DNA of 64,000 nt, taken from Lactobacillus sp. (GTDB taxonomy: Bacteria > Bacillota > Bacilli > Lactobacillales > Lactobacillaceae). Shown piece after piece: positions 8,554 through 18,737 of this stretch (its first letter is position 1; each line of letters opens with the position of its first letter). The notes beneath the pieces were generated by a model. The model was not told where the DNA came from. It made no database searches and worked only from the letters and a program-made list of their open reading frames with translations. The stretch covers positions 76,003 through 140,002 of the forward strand of contig JAKVKU010000006.1 of the NCBI GenBank assembly GCA_022484695.1. The letters are read 5' to 3'. Both the position numbers and the translations under genes were made by a program.

Positions 8554-9627
8554 CTAATCATCATTACTAATTTTCAGCACACAAGCCCCTTGAATATCCC
8601 CCTTAGCCACATATTTTAGGGCATCTAAGGCCTTATCCAAAGGGTATTCATGAATTTCGGGATGGATGTGCAACCGGTGAGCTAAAGTCAAGAATTCTTC
8701 ACCGTCCCGCCGCGTGTTGCTTTCCACGCTGGTGAGCATCTTTTCATGAAATAAATCATTTTGATAATTTAGTGGTGGCACATCGGTCATGTGGATCCCG
8801 GCCATGGCCAGGGTGCCGCCCGGTGCTAAGCCTTCTAAGGCTTTGGGCACGATATCTCCCACGGGGGCAAAGATGATGGCTGAATCTAAAGGAACAGGGG
8901 GTAAATCATAGGCACCTTGGGCCGAAGTTGCCCCGAGTTTTAAGGCAAATTTTCTAGCGTCCTTGCCCCGGGTCATCACGTGGACTTCAATACCCTGGGC
9001 CAGCGCAATTTGAGCGGTGATGTGGGCCGAGCCACCAAAGCCATAAAGCCCTAGGCGGCCACCCGCTGGGATATTGGCTCGACGAAAGGCCCGATAGCCG
9101 ATGATACCGGCACATAATAATGGGGCAGCTTCCGTGTTGCTGAATTGGGCGGGGATCCGATAGGCGAAGCCTTCAGGGACGGTTTCGTATTCGGCATAAC
9201 CCCCGTCGTGGTCCCAACCGGTGTATAAAGAATGGGGACAGAGATTTTCCCGACCGGAACGACAGTATTTACAAACGCCACAGGTCCACCGCAGCCAAGG
9301 AATTCCAATACGGTCCCCCAGCTTGAAGCGGCTGGTTTCTGGTCCAAAGGCCACCACGCGGCCAACGATTTCATGGCCAGGAATCACATGGGGCTGATGC
9401 ACAGCTAGGTCGCCTTCAGCCACATGGAGGTCGGTATGACAGACCCCACAGGCTAAAATTTTCACTAAGACTTCTCCCCGTTTAGGTTGGGGCACAGCTC
9501 GAGTGGTAAAGCGCAAGGGCGCCTTTTCCCCATTAATGGGACCGGGTTGCACCACTTCCCAAGCCTTCATAGTTGTTGGTAAATTTGTTGATTGTTGTTC
9601 TTGTTGATTTGTAGTATTCGTAACCAT
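8554..9627 (-). CDS. Zinc-binding alcohol dehydrogenase family protein
   Basis: CGVCHTD, GHEIVG, structural Zn [23 protein letters not shown]. Confidence 0.93.
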   Translation of the reverse strand: MVTNTTNQQEQQSTNLPTTMKAWEVVQPGPINGEKAPLRFTTRAVPQPKRGEVLVKILACGVCHTDLHVAEGDLAVHQPHVIPGHEIVGRVVAFGPETSRFKLGDRIGIPWLRWTCGVCKYCRSGRENLCPHSLYTGWDHDGGYAEYETVPEGFAYRIPAQFSNTEAAPLLCAGIIGYRAFRRANIPAGGRLGLYGFGGSAHITAQIALAQGIEVHVMTRGKDARKFALKLGATSAQGAYDLPPVPLDSAIIFAPVGDIVPKALEGLAPGGTLAMAGIHMTDVPPLNYQNDLFHEKMLTSVESNTRRDGEEFLTLAHRLHIHPEIHEYPLDKALDALKYVAKGDIQGACVLKISNDD

Positions 9628-9871
9628 TTTTTATCCTCCCATAAGCTGATCGTGATAATTGGCAACTGAATATAATCCTAATTTAATAAACTAGACGTCA
9701 CCTTTATTCTAGGCAGTTTGGGAGCATTTGACAATGATTAAGCTATTTTGGCGCCATTTGTTGGCTAAAAATCAGAAATTAGCCGTTCTACTGAACTGGT
9801 TTGAAACCCATACCAATCTACGGTAGACTAAAACGATAGTGTTTCTAGAATATACATAAGGGGATGACACG

Positions 9872-10492
9872 ATGCCAAGTCAAAAAGAACGCATGTTATC
9901 TGGGAAATTATACCGTGCGGCTGATACAGAGATCAGAGCCGTGAATTTTCGCGCCCGGCGCTTGACCCGCCTGTTTAATCAAACCACGGAAGAGCAAATG
10001 GCTTACCGCCAAACCTTGCTGAAAGAACTGTTTTTGAAAACTGGGTCAGAGATTTATATTGAACAACCTTTTCACATTGATTACGGCCAACATACAACGA
10101 TTGGGGAACACTTTTATGCCAATTATGATTGTATCTTTATTGATACAGCGCCCATCACCATTGGGAAGGACGTCTATTTAGCTCCGCGCGTGGGCCTATA
10201 TACTGCAGGACATCCCATTGATGCGGCGATTCGCAATGAGGACTTAGAATATGGCTATCCCATTACCATTGGGGATAGTGTCTGGATCGGGGCCAATGTG
10301 GTGGTCAATCCCGGCGTGACCATTGGCAGTAACGTGGTGATTGGCTCCGGGTCCATCGTCACGAAATCGATCCCGGATAATGTGGTGGCGGCGGGCAATC
10401 CCTGTCGCGTAATTCGGCCTATCACCAAAGAAGATCAGGAATTTTGGGCAAAACAAAAGGCCGACTACATGGCCGACCCAGATGTCCATTAG
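9872..10492 (+). CDS. Maltose/galactoside O-acetyltransferase (hexapeptide repeat)
   Basis: KERMLSGKLY, PFHIDYG, hexapeptide repeats, VAAGNPCRVIR. Confidence 0.93.
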   Translation: MPSQKERMLSGKLYRAADTEIRAVNFRARRLTRLFNQTTEEQMAYRQTLLKELFLKTGSEIYIEQPFHIDYGQHTTIGEHFYANYDCIFIDTAPITIGKDVYLAPRVGLYTAGHPIDAAIRNEDLEYGYPITIGDSVWIGANVVVNPGVTIGSNVVIGSGSIVTKSIPDNVVAAGNPCRVIRPITKEDQEFWAKQKADYMADPDVH

Positions 10493-10818
10493 ATGCCAAT
10501 TTTATAGGTGATGAGGCTCGTGACTACGGTGATGAGCAGGCTGATACCGGCCAGGATGATTAAGCCCGTGCCGACGGTTTTATGGCGTAAATAGCGGCTC
10601 AAGATATTTATCAGGCTAATCAGTAAAATGAGAGCAAAGACCATGGCACTGAGGCCAAAGTAGTCATAGGCAGTCTGCCCGGTGAAAAAGATCGTGCCAA
10701 TGGCCATGACGATCAGTAGCCAAAACCACCATTGTCTTAAAAATGAATTTTCAGGATTATTGAAAAGACTATACTGCCAAACACGTTTGATGGCACGTTT
10801 GTCTTTTTTATTTTGCAT
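10489..10818 (-). CDS. Hypothetical small membrane protein
   Basis: 109 aa, 3 hydrophobic segments, GAGGTGG RBS. Confidence 0.7.
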   Translation of the reverse strand: MQNKKDKRAIKRVWQYSLFNNPENSFLRQWWFWLLIVMAIGTIFFTGQTAYDYFGLSAMVFALILLISLINILSRYLRHKTVGTGLIILAGISLLITVVTSLITYKIGI

Positions 10819-10958
10819 ATAAATACCACCTCAAGAATTATTGAAAAATGCAAGCGTTAACCGGACAAATCTGGCAAATTGACCCAGTGTCAGTTGCGTT
10901 TTAGCGGGTATGATAGAGCTTAGGTTTTAAAATTAATTTCATAACTGGGGTGTTTTCA

Positions 10959-11141
10959 ATGGTTCTAAGTGAAGCCAGAAAAAGAGCAAATAAAAGATGG
11001 GATGAAAAAAACCGGGAACGTAAACGTTATTTAAATAAGCGCTCCACGGCCCGTTGCTTTATTATGAATCATGCAACGGATGAAGATATTGAAACCTTAC
11101 AGGCCCTCATCAATGAACGTAAAAAAAGCCGACTGGAATAG
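10959..11141 (+). CDS. Small basic conserved-type hypothetical protein
   Basis: ARKRANKRWDEKNRERKRYLNKRSTARCFI pattern typical of small Firmicute hypotheticals. GGGGTG RBS favours ATG 10959. Confidence 0.75.
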   Translation: MVLSEARKRANKRWDEKNRERKRYLNKRSTARCFIMNHATDEDIETLQALINERKKSRLE

Positions 11142-11165
11142 CCAGCTTTTTATTTTTGGCTAAAA

Positions 11166-12542
11166 TTATAAGCCCCGTTGTTCTTTAGCTTGGAGTTTGT
11201 TATTCACAAAGGTTAAGGATACCTTACCACTACGGTCGCTGCCTTGTTGCTCGTAGATATAAATGACCCGGGAACTGCCACTTTCAAATGTATTATCCAC
11301 ATCGTTGGGCAGACCCACTTGATTTAAAATAGCATCGGCATCAGCCCCAATTTTAAAATCATCATAAACTGCTAAGGTGATGGGCGCTTGCTGGGTTTGA
11401 TAGCCCGTCAGCTTTTTTTCATAGGCCCGATTTTTAATGAAACTCACAATAATAGCTGCCTTAGGCTGAGCCTTGATATTGCGCCAGGTGATGGTTTTAA
11501 GGCGCTGACCATCTTTGGTGCTGGCTTGTTGTTGGGTAGGTTCGCCAAATTGGTTGCGCAGGGATCGATAGGTTGTGCCTGCTGGGGCCAAGGCGCTCAA
11601 GTCATCAATATTAATGCTGTTAAAGTCTTGGAACGTCAAGGCCTTAGCGCTAGTTGTAGGCGACTTTGTTTTTTTTTTCGAAGTGGTAGCAGATTTATGC
11701 TTGGTACTGGACTTGGCAACTTGTTCTGTTTTAGCATCATTGTCCGTGGAGCTGGTGGTGTTTGAAGTGACGTTAGAGATAAAAAGCTTGACCACAACGA
11801 TAATGATTAAAACGATTAAAACGATCAAAGTCCAAAACCACCATTTTTTATAAAAGGGCGCTGGCTCTTCAGCGTCAAAACGACTAGCGGCCCCGGGTTG
11901 ATAGCCTGGGGTTTCTTGCGTGCGTCTTGAGGTGGTTTCATTGGCGGTTTCTGGGGTTGTATCCCCAGGCAAGGTAGCGGTGCCTAATTGTTGAATTTCT
12001 TCGGGTTGGGGTGCTTTACTTGGGTCAACTTCAGAACTAGTCGCTTCTTCAGTGGCATCAATTGACTTTTGAATCAGGTGGCTTAAGGCATGCTCCGGAT
12101 CCATATACCGGGGCAGTGTGTTAGGCACGGCCAGATTATTGATGACTGTGGTGATGAAACCGTCCAATTGTTCATAAGTTGTTTGCGCTTGTTGTAAGGT
12201 GAGGCGTAATTGTTTCAAAATTGGATCAGTTTGGGCGGTCATCAAAGGGGTATTGTAATAACGGCAAAAAGTCAGATATAGCCAAGAAATTTCCGCAATT
12301 ATCGTGTCATCTAGTTTATCAGCTTGTTGGCTGACATGAACCATGGCCTGGAGTAAGGCAAGGTTATGATCCCAGTCTTGTTGGGCCGCGTAAGTCTCGA
12401 TTTGTTCGTTAAAAATAGCTTGAATTAAGGCATAATCAGCCATTGGCTCCGTGGTAGTCAATTGAACCTGTTGGGGATCAATTAAATCAGTCAATTGATA
12501 TTTCTTTAAAATTGCTGCAATTTCATTTTCCAAACCTGACAC
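11166..12542 (-). CDS. Single-pass membrane protein with C-terminal DUF3862/BLIP-like tandem domain
   Basis: Cytoplasmic N-domain, low-complexity linker, FYKKWWFWTLIV TM, S/T/K linker, two repeats ending ...VSLTFVNNKLQAKEQRGL. Confidence 0.7.
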   Translation of the reverse strand: MSGLENEIAAILKKYQLTDLIDPQQVQLTTTEPMADYALIQAIFNEQIETYAAQQDWDHNLALLQAMVHVSQQADKLDDTIIAEISWLYLTFCRYYNTPLMTAQTDPILKQLRLTLQQAQTTYEQLDGFITTVINNLAVPNTLPRYMDPEHALSHLIQKSIDATEEATSSEVDPSKAPQPEEIQQLGTATLPGDTTPETANETTSRRTQETPGYQPGAASRFDAEEPAPFYKKWWFWTLIVLIVLIIIVVVKLFISNVTSNTTSSTDNDAKTEQVAKSSTKHKSATTSKKKTKSPTTSAKALTFQDFNSINIDDLSALAPAGTTYRSLRNQFGEPTQQQASTKDGQRLKTITWRNIKAQPKAAIIVSFIKNRAYEKKLTGYQTQQAPITLAVYDDFKIGADADAILNQVGLPNDVDNTFESGSSRVIYIYEQQGSDRSGKVSLTFVNNKLQAKEQRGL

Positions 12543-12666
12543 CCCTTAAACAATATTGATAATTTAACACATATGAAAACTCTTACCTTAAGTATAACTG
12601 ATTTGTATGGGAATGGTGAATCATTTTTAACCCCCATGGCAGTAGTTCAATTGGAATTATTAAAAT

Positions 12667-12747
12667 TAGGGAATACCCCAGACGTCTTCAAGTGCAAATC
12701 CTAAATTAAAATAGTACAATTAATTGGTAACGTGAAAACGCTTTACA
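12667..12747 (+). promoter_or_regulatory. lctP promoter region: TAGGG-AATA-CCCCA box, promoter and cre-like site
   Basis: Box 12667-80; GTGCAA (12692-97)-17-TACAAT (12715-20); TGAAAACGCTTTACA (12733-47). Confidence 0.6.
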
Positions 12748-12769
12748 AATTAAGGAGGGATTTAACACT

Positions 12770-14296
12770 ATGTGGCTTAATTTTATTTTTGCACTTATTC
12801 CCATCGTATGGCTCATTGTATCTTTAGGGGTCATCAAAATGGCTGCCGATCGGGCTTGTACCATCGGCTTGATCATTGCAATCTTTTTAGCAGTCGTTGC
12901 ATTCAAAATGCCAGTTGTAGATAGCTTGTCCGGTGCCCTGGAAGGTATTGTCATGGGGATCTGGCCAATTGTCTATGTCATTTTAGCAGCGTTGTTTACG
13001 TATAATTTAACAACGAAGTCTGGCAGCATGAAGGTTATTCAAGACATGCTCTCAGCCATCACCACGGACAAACGGATTTTGACGTTGATTATTGCCTGGG
13101 GTTTTGGGGGCTTTCTTGAAGCCATTGCTGGTTTTGGGACCGCCGTTGCCATTCCAGCCGGGATTTTAATTGCCTTTGGTGTTGATCCGATTCGGGCATC
13201 AGTGATTTGTTTGATTGCCAATACCACGCCAACTGCCTTTGGGGCCATTGGTTTGCCAGTTATCACCTTGGCCAACGTCACGCATTTAAATACCATGCAT
13301 CTATCATTTATCGTAACCATGCAATTATTGCCACTGATTATTTTAATTCCATTCGTACTAGTGGCCTTGGTAGATGGGGGTGTTAAAGCCATTAAAGGTG
13401 TGGGCTTAACGACTTTCCTTTCAGGTTTAGCGTTTGCTTTACCGCAAGTTTTCGTGGCTAAATATGTGGGCGCTGAATTGCCTGCTATTGTGGGGTCAAT
13501 CGTTTGTATTATCGTCACGGTCTTAATGGCCCGAGTGCAAGGGCAAAAGGATGAAGAGGCTTTAAAACACATTCCCCGGCATACCACCAGCGAATTGTTG
13601 AAAGCTTGGGCACCTTTTATCCTTGTTTTCGTGATCGTCTTGCTGGCTTCACCATTGGATAAACCAGTGAATACCATGCTAGGAAAGGCTGTCACTGCCA
13701 TTCAAATCTATACCGGACCAAAAGCGGTCCCTTATACGATCAACTGGCTATCTTCCCCAGGGACTTTGATCATTGTCGCCAGCGTATTGGGGGGCTTGAT
13801 TCAAGGTATGTCCTTGGGTAAGATTTTCGGGGTCCTAGGCAACACGGCCAAACAAATTTGGCGGACGTTAATTACCGTCTGTGCCATTGTGGCTTTGGCC
13901 AAGGTCATGGGCTATTCTGGCATGACCCAAAGCTTAGCCGTGACTTTAGTGGCAATCATGGGTCCAGTTTATCCATTGATTGCGCCAGTTATTGGGGCTT
14001 TAGGGACCTTTATCACTGGGTCGGACACCTCTTCAAACGTCTTGTTTGGGAACTTACAACTGCAAGCAGCCACAACTTTAAAAGCCGATACCTATTGGGT
14101 CGTTAGTGCCAACATGGTGGGGGCCACAGCCGGTAAGATGATTTCACCACAAAGTATCGCTGTCGCTTCCGCAGCCACGCACCAAGAGGGTCAAGAAGGA
14201 AATATCTTGAAGGAATCTCTCAAATGGTGTGGCGCTTATCTGGTAGTTATTTGTGCTTACATTTATGTGACCGGCTTGTTGCTTCATTTCTTATAA
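12770..14296 (+). CDS. lctP: L-lactate permease (LctP/LutP family)
   Basis: FGGFLEAIAGFG, ANTTPTAFGAIG, TGSDTSSNVLFG, GKMISPQSIAVA motifs; AGGAGG RBS; terminator 14309-14339. Confidence 0.95.
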   Translation: MWLNFIFALIPIVWLIVSLGVIKMAADRACTIGLIIAIFLAVVAFKMPVVDSLSGALEGIVMGIWPIVYVILAALFTYNLTTKSGSMKVIQDMLSAITTDKRILTLIIAWGFGGFLEAIAGFGTAVAIPAGILIAFGVDPIRASVICLIANTTPTAFGAIGLPVITLANVTHLNTMHLSFIVTMQLLPLIILIPFVLVALVDGGVKAIKGVGLTTFLSGLAFALPQVFVAKYVGAELPAIVGSIVCIIVTVLMARVQGQKDEEALKHIPRHTTSELLKAWAPFILVFVIVLLASPLDKPVNTMLGKAVTAIQIYTGPKAVPYTINWLSSPGTLIIVASVLGGLIQGMSLGKIFGVLGNTAKQIWRTLITVCAIVALAKVMGYSGMTQSLAVTLVAIMGPVYPLIAPVIGALGTFITGSDTSSNVLFGNLQLQAATTLKADTYWVVSANMVGATAGKMISPQSIAVASAATHQEGQEGNILKESLKWCGAYLVVICAYIYVTGLLLHFL

Positions 14297-14346
14297 ATTT
14301 CAACCAAGAAAAGATTGGGCCAAGGCTCAGTCTTTTTTTCGTGCCG

Positions 14347-15267
14347 TCAATTAAAAACTATTTCCCGGGAAATATGTTCGTAGTCTACTAGGGACAAATG
14401 CTGCCAGCGATCGGAGTTTAAATCATGAAAGGTATAGGTCCGAGTCGTGGTATTTAAACACATTTCGTAATGGGTATAATCGTGATTCCTCAAATGGGCG
14501 CCATCGGTTTTCGGAATAATGACCTGGTCTAAAATATGGAACAGGTCGGTGGTGCTGAAAGTTCTCGGTAATTGGGCTTTCAGGATAGCGGCCTTTAAAA
14601 AGCGCGTGGTGGGAATGGTGCCAGTTGGTAATGGCCCTTTAAAAGCTTGTGCGGCTTGTTGTAACGCCGTGATGGGACTGGTTTTGGCCAGGCCCAGTAA
14701 AACGGCCAGATTCGCCGCATGGCGCGGCAGGTTCGGGGTATTGGTGAGCACGCCCAGGGGACTAGGCTGTAAGCGCAAGGTTAAGCTCCGGAGCTCCAAA
14801 ACGGCCGTTGCGCCAGTGGGGTCGGTGAAGACCCAATGATAGGGATAAAGCTTATTCAGCTGGTGCCAAGTAGCCGAAACCAAGGCAATATTGGGTAAGT
14901 CTGCTGCAACTGCCGCAATGCTGGCATGTTCCCCTAAGACCCAAGTAATGAAGTCTTGAGGACTGAGATTTAAGCGCTGGGGCTGATTTTTAGGGTGATA
15001 GGTGGCTTCAAAGGGGAAATAAAGCTCGGCACAGGCTAAGCCAGCTTCATTGACCCCGTCGGCCATCAAGTAAGTATTAGCAGCTACTTGGCGGCCACCA
15101 CCTAAAAAAGCATAGCGAATCTGGCGGCTAACCGTTTCGGTGGCCGGGGTATAACGCCGCTTTTTTGGCAAATAAATGGGCAGCCAGGGGGAAGTGGTGG
15201 GGAAATCCATGGTTCGGGCCAAAAGTGGCTGTTGTTGGGCATTTGCAATGGTTATACTGGTACACAT
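14347..15267 (-). CDS. Linear amide C-N hydrolase (choloylglycine hydrolase/penicillin V acylase family, Ntn hydrolase)
   Basis: N-terminal nucleophile Cys (MCTS), ARTMDF, DGVNEAGL, VLTNTP. Confidence 0.88.
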   Translation of the reverse strand: MCTSITIANAQQQPLLARTMDFPTTSPWLPIYLPKKRRYTPATETVSRQIRYAFLGGGRQVAANTYLMADGVNEAGLACAELYFPFEATYHPKNQPQRLNLSPQDFITWVLGEHASIAAVAADLPNIALVSATWHQLNKLYPYHWVFTDPTGATAVLELRSLTLRLQPSPLGVLTNTPNLPRHAANLAVLLGLAKTSPITALQQAAQAFKGPLPTGTIPTTRFLKAAILKAQLPRTFSTTDLFHILDQVIIPKTDGAHLRNHDYTHYEMCLNTTTRTYTFHDLNSDRWQHLSLVDYEHISREIVFN

Positions 15268-15425
15268 AATGGGCCTCCTGGGGTGAATATAGCATTTTTT
15301 TATAAATTTTAAGGCGAATCTGTACTTACTTTGTATGAATTTGGATTAAACTATAACTGTTACATATTTTCAATGCAAACAATAAGACGGTTGATTGATC
15401 GTTATGGAAAGGAGCGATTCCTGTC

Positions 15426-16745
15426 ATGGATGGTAAATGGCAAACATCGCTTAGAGAAAGAATCAGTTATGGCTTAAGTGACGGGGCGGATAACTTGGTC
15501 TTCCAAGTTATGACCACCTATCTTTTATATTTTTATACCGATATTTATGGCTTGTCTGCTGCGGAAGTGGGGATGTTATTTTTGATTGCCCGCTTTGCGG
15601 ATGTGATTGAAAGTGTCTTAATTGGAGTGATGATCGACCATACCCATTCCAAATATGGCCACAGCCGGCCCTTCTTTTTATGGTATGCGGTGCCTTATGT
15701 GACCGTGGCCATTTTGACCTTCGTAGTGCCACCTTTCAACCACACTGGCAAGTTAGTTTGGGCTTACGGCACCTATTTACTATTAGGTTTCTTCTACAGC
15801 ACAGTGAATTTACCCATCACCTCTATTTTACCAAGCTTGACGGATAATTCCCGGGAAATTACCTTGCTAGGGGTGATTCGTCAGTTCTTTGGGCAAACCA
15901 GTCAAATTATCGTGGCTATTTTCACCTTGCCTCTGATCGCCTTTTTTGGGGGTAACGATCAGCAACGGGGCTTTTTGATCACCATCATTGTGTTTGCGGC
16001 AATTTCTTTAATTCTTATCCTGAATACCTTTGTCCACGTTCGAGAACGCATCCCCATGCCACCGGCCACCAGTTTTAAAAAGACCTTTGATATGATTTTG
16101 CATAATAAACCTTGGCTGACGCTATCCGCAGTGATTTTCTTATACTGGGTCACGACGTCCATGAAGAATCAGACCACGATTTATTATTTTAAATATAATT
16201 TGAATAAGGAAAATTTAGTCCCAGTGGTCAATACCTTTACGGCAGCGGCCTTGATTGGGATCATCGCCATTCCTTTTGTGACCCGCAAGTTTAGTAACAA
16301 GGCCACGATGATGACGGGTTTGAGCATTGCCGTGGGGGGACAATTGCTGATTATTGCCGGTTCAGAACTATGGCCAAATTTGACCCTGATTTTCACTGGC
16401 ACATTTATTAATACCGTGGGTAGCGGGATGGTCATCGCTTTAGTATCTGTGATGATTTCGGATACCATCAAATACGCCCAACGAAAATTCAAAGTTGAGG
16501 CCAGTGGGCTGATGGCCTCAACCGATGATTTTGGGGTGAACCTCGGCTTAGGTTTAGGGGGCATGGTATCAGCGGCCTTACTGGCTAAAACCGGTTATGT
16601 GGCCAACCAGAGCCAAAATCAAGCAACCCTGCACATGATTACCTTGAACTATGCTTGGTTGCCCCTGGTGGCTTATATTTTAATGATGTTGATTTTGAGC
16701 CTGTACGATCAAAAGACCGTTCACGCGGTGACAAATGACAAGTGA
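15426..16745 (+). CDS. GPH-family (glycoside-pentoside-hexuronide:cation) MFS symporter
   Basis: ERISYGLSD, YLLYFYTD, DHTHSKYGHSRPF motifs; about 12 TM; terminator 16754-16782. Confidence 0.92.
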   Translation: MDGKWQTSLRERISYGLSDGADNLVFQVMTTYLLYFYTDIYGLSAAEVGMLFLIARFADVIESVLIGVMIDHTHSKYGHSRPFFLWYAVPYVTVAILTFVVPPFNHTGKLVWAYGTYLLLGFFYSTVNLPITSILPSLTDNSREITLLGVIRQFFGQTSQIIVAIFTLPLIAFFGGNDQQRGFLITIIVFAAISLILILNTFVHVRERIPMPPATSFKKTFDMILHNKPWLTLSAVIFLYWVTTSMKNQTTIYYFKYNLNKENLVPVVNTFTAAALIGIIAIPFVTRKFSNKATMMTGLSIAVGGQLLIIAGSELWPNLTLIFTGTFINTVGSGMVIALVSVMISDTIKYAQRKFKVEASGLMASTDDFGVNLGLGLGGMVSAALLAKTGYVANQSQNQATLHMITLNYAWLPLVAYILMMLILSLYDQKTVHAVTNDK

Positions 16746-16875
16746 GTTATGCTAAAAAAAGCCTGTTTTAAGGGCTTTTTTTACTTGGAAGGCAGTTGTG
16801 GCATCAAACAATTTTGAATTTTGCGGGCAATGGTTCCTATAATGGAGTTAGTGTTGCAATAAAGGGGACATCAGG

Positions 16876-17562
16876 ATGCGCTTTTTTTGGTTATTTCAGT
16901 TAGAATGGTGTTTGCGTTTGATTGTCGCCGCCATCTGTGGCGGGTTGGTTGGTTTTGAACGCAAAGCCCGCTTAAAAACGGCAGGGACGCGGACTCATAT
17001 GTTAGTGGCGGTGGGGTCAGCGTTATTTATGCTGGTTTCAAAATATGGTTTTTTTGATGTGTTAGGTCGGACCAACATGGCCTTAGACCCCTCAAGAATT
17101 GCGGCCCAAGTGGTCAGTGGCATCGGCTTTATCGGCGCTGGGACCATCTTGACCCGGCACCATCAAATTGACGGTCTCACCACAGCAGCTGGCTTATGGG
17201 CCACGGCGGCTATTGGTTTGGCCATCGGCGCTGACATGTACGTGATTGGGATCGCTGGGACGTTGTGCATCTTAACCACCCAAACCATGGTGCGCCACAT
17301 CAAAGCCCTTAAGAACTCTTCGCGATATTTGTTGCAATTGCAAGTTACGATGACTGGTCAGCTGCAGGAAATGGACAAATTACCCCAGCAATTGGCTGAT
17401 CTGGGTTGTGCCACCACGAAAATGGCCATTTTATCCTACAATCCTAAGAATTATACCTTGAGTTTGATGATTAAATTAAAAAAACACACTGATCCTACGA
17501 CTTTTATTCGTAAGATGAGTGCGTTGGCGCATGTTAAATCCATTGATGTGATCGATCTTTAA
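16876..17562 (+). CDS. MgtC/SapB-family membrane protein
   Basis: GFERK..AGTRTH, DPSRIAAQVVSGIGFIGAG, GLTTAAGLW; C-terminal ACT-like domain. Confidence 0.93.
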   Translation: MRFFWLFQLEWCLRLIVAAICGGLVGFERKARLKTAGTRTHMLVAVGSALFMLVSKYGFFDVLGRTNMALDPSRIAAQVVSGIGFIGAGTILTRHHQIDGLTTAAGLWATAAIGLAIGADMYVIGIAGTLCILTTQTMVRHIKALKNSSRYLLQLQVTMTGQLQEMDKLPQQLADLGCATTKMAILSYNPKNYTLSLMIKLKKHTDPTTFIRKMSALAHVKSIDVIDL

Positions 17563-17614
17563 CTAAAAAGCGGCGGGCTTTCAAACTAATGAAGGCACGC
17601 CGCTTGTTTCATGT

Positions 17615-18577
17615 TTACTTATTGACGATGTATTTGGGTTCTTTGCCGGCAACGATGGCAATTGTGTTCTCAGCAACAATTTGGGCCATGGCATCCCGGG
17701 CTTCAATGGTGGCATTGCCAATATGGGGTTCCAAAATAACGTTGTTCAAGTTTTTCAGTTCTGGGTTCACATTGGGTTCATTTTCATAAACATCTAAAGC
17801 TGCCCCAGCAATATCTTCATTTTTAATGGCTTTAGCTAAAGCAGATTCATCCACGATTGGACCCCGGGCCGCATTGACCAAGAAAGCGGTCTTTTTCATC
17901 TTCTTGAAAACGTCGGCGTTGATCAAGTGGGTGGTGCTGGCGCTCAATGGCAGGTGCAGGGTCAAGTAGTCAGCTTTGGCCACAACTTCATCAAAACTGA
18001 CGAATTTAGCATTGAGCTCTTTTTCGACCTTAGGATCCAGGCGGTGGTGCTGGGTATAAAGAATTTCCATATCAAAGCCCTTCAGGCGTTTAGCTACACC
18101 TTGGCCAATTTGGCCCATGCCGATGATACCCAGGGTTTTATGGCTCACTTGATGGCCTAGGAAAAATAGGGGTGCCCAGCCGTTAAAGCCTTTGGTCTGC
18201 ATGAGGCGATCGCCTTCAACCACCCGTCTGGAGATGGCTAAAATCAAGGCCACGGCCAGTTCAGCGGTGGAGTCGGTGGAAACCAGTGGGGTATTGGTGA
18301 CGGGGATGCCTTTTTCTTTGGCGTAGTCCACGTCAATATTGTTGAAACCGGCACCATAATTTGCGATGAGTTTTAAGTTTTTACCAGCATCGATCACATC
18401 TTTATCCACTTGGGTGGACAGGGCAGTGATCAATACGTCGGCGTCAGGTACGGCAGCGATTAATTGTTGTTTTGAAATGAGTAAATTTCCGGTGTGTTCT
18501 TGAACCTCAATCTTGGCATTTGTCAGTAACGATTCAGCTTCTTGGGGAATTTTTGCGGCAATAAATACTTTTGCCAT
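17615..18577 (-). CDS. D-isomer-specific 2-hydroxyacid dehydrogenase (glyoxylate reductase-like)
   Basis: GAGFNNID, GIIGMGQIG, LVNAARG, ALDVYENEP, EPHIG. ATG 18577 chosen from RBS spacing. Confidence 0.92.
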   Translation of the reverse strand: MAKVFIAAKIPQEAESLLTNAKIEVQEHTGNLLISKQQLIAAVPDADVLITALSTQVDKDVIDAGKNLKLIANYGAGFNNIDVDYAKEKGIPVTNTPLVSTDSTAELAVALILAISRRVVEGDRLMQTKGFNGWAPLFFLGHQVSHKTLGIIGMGQIGQGVAKRLKGFDMEILYTQHHRLDPKVEKELNAKFVSFDEVVAKADYLTLHLPLSASTTHLINADVFKKMKKTAFLVNAARGPIVDESALAKAIKNEDIAGAALDVYENEPNVNPELKNLNNVILEPHIGNATIEARDAMAQIVAENTIAIVAGKEPKYIVNK

Positions 18578-18737
18578 TCTACTCACGCTCCTTTTCTTCT
18601 AATTTAAAGTTAAAACAATCCATGTGAATATGCAATCAAAAGCGTTTACTAAATTTTTTTTATTCAAAGATTTCTCTGAAAATTGCGGGGAATCTGGATG
18701 GCAGTGTTATCATGGAATTAAGTCATAATTGTAATGA

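Noticed and set aside
10849-10862. cre-like TGCAAGCGTTAACC between two small hypothetical genes
   Set aside because: Imperfect match with no functional context to support it.
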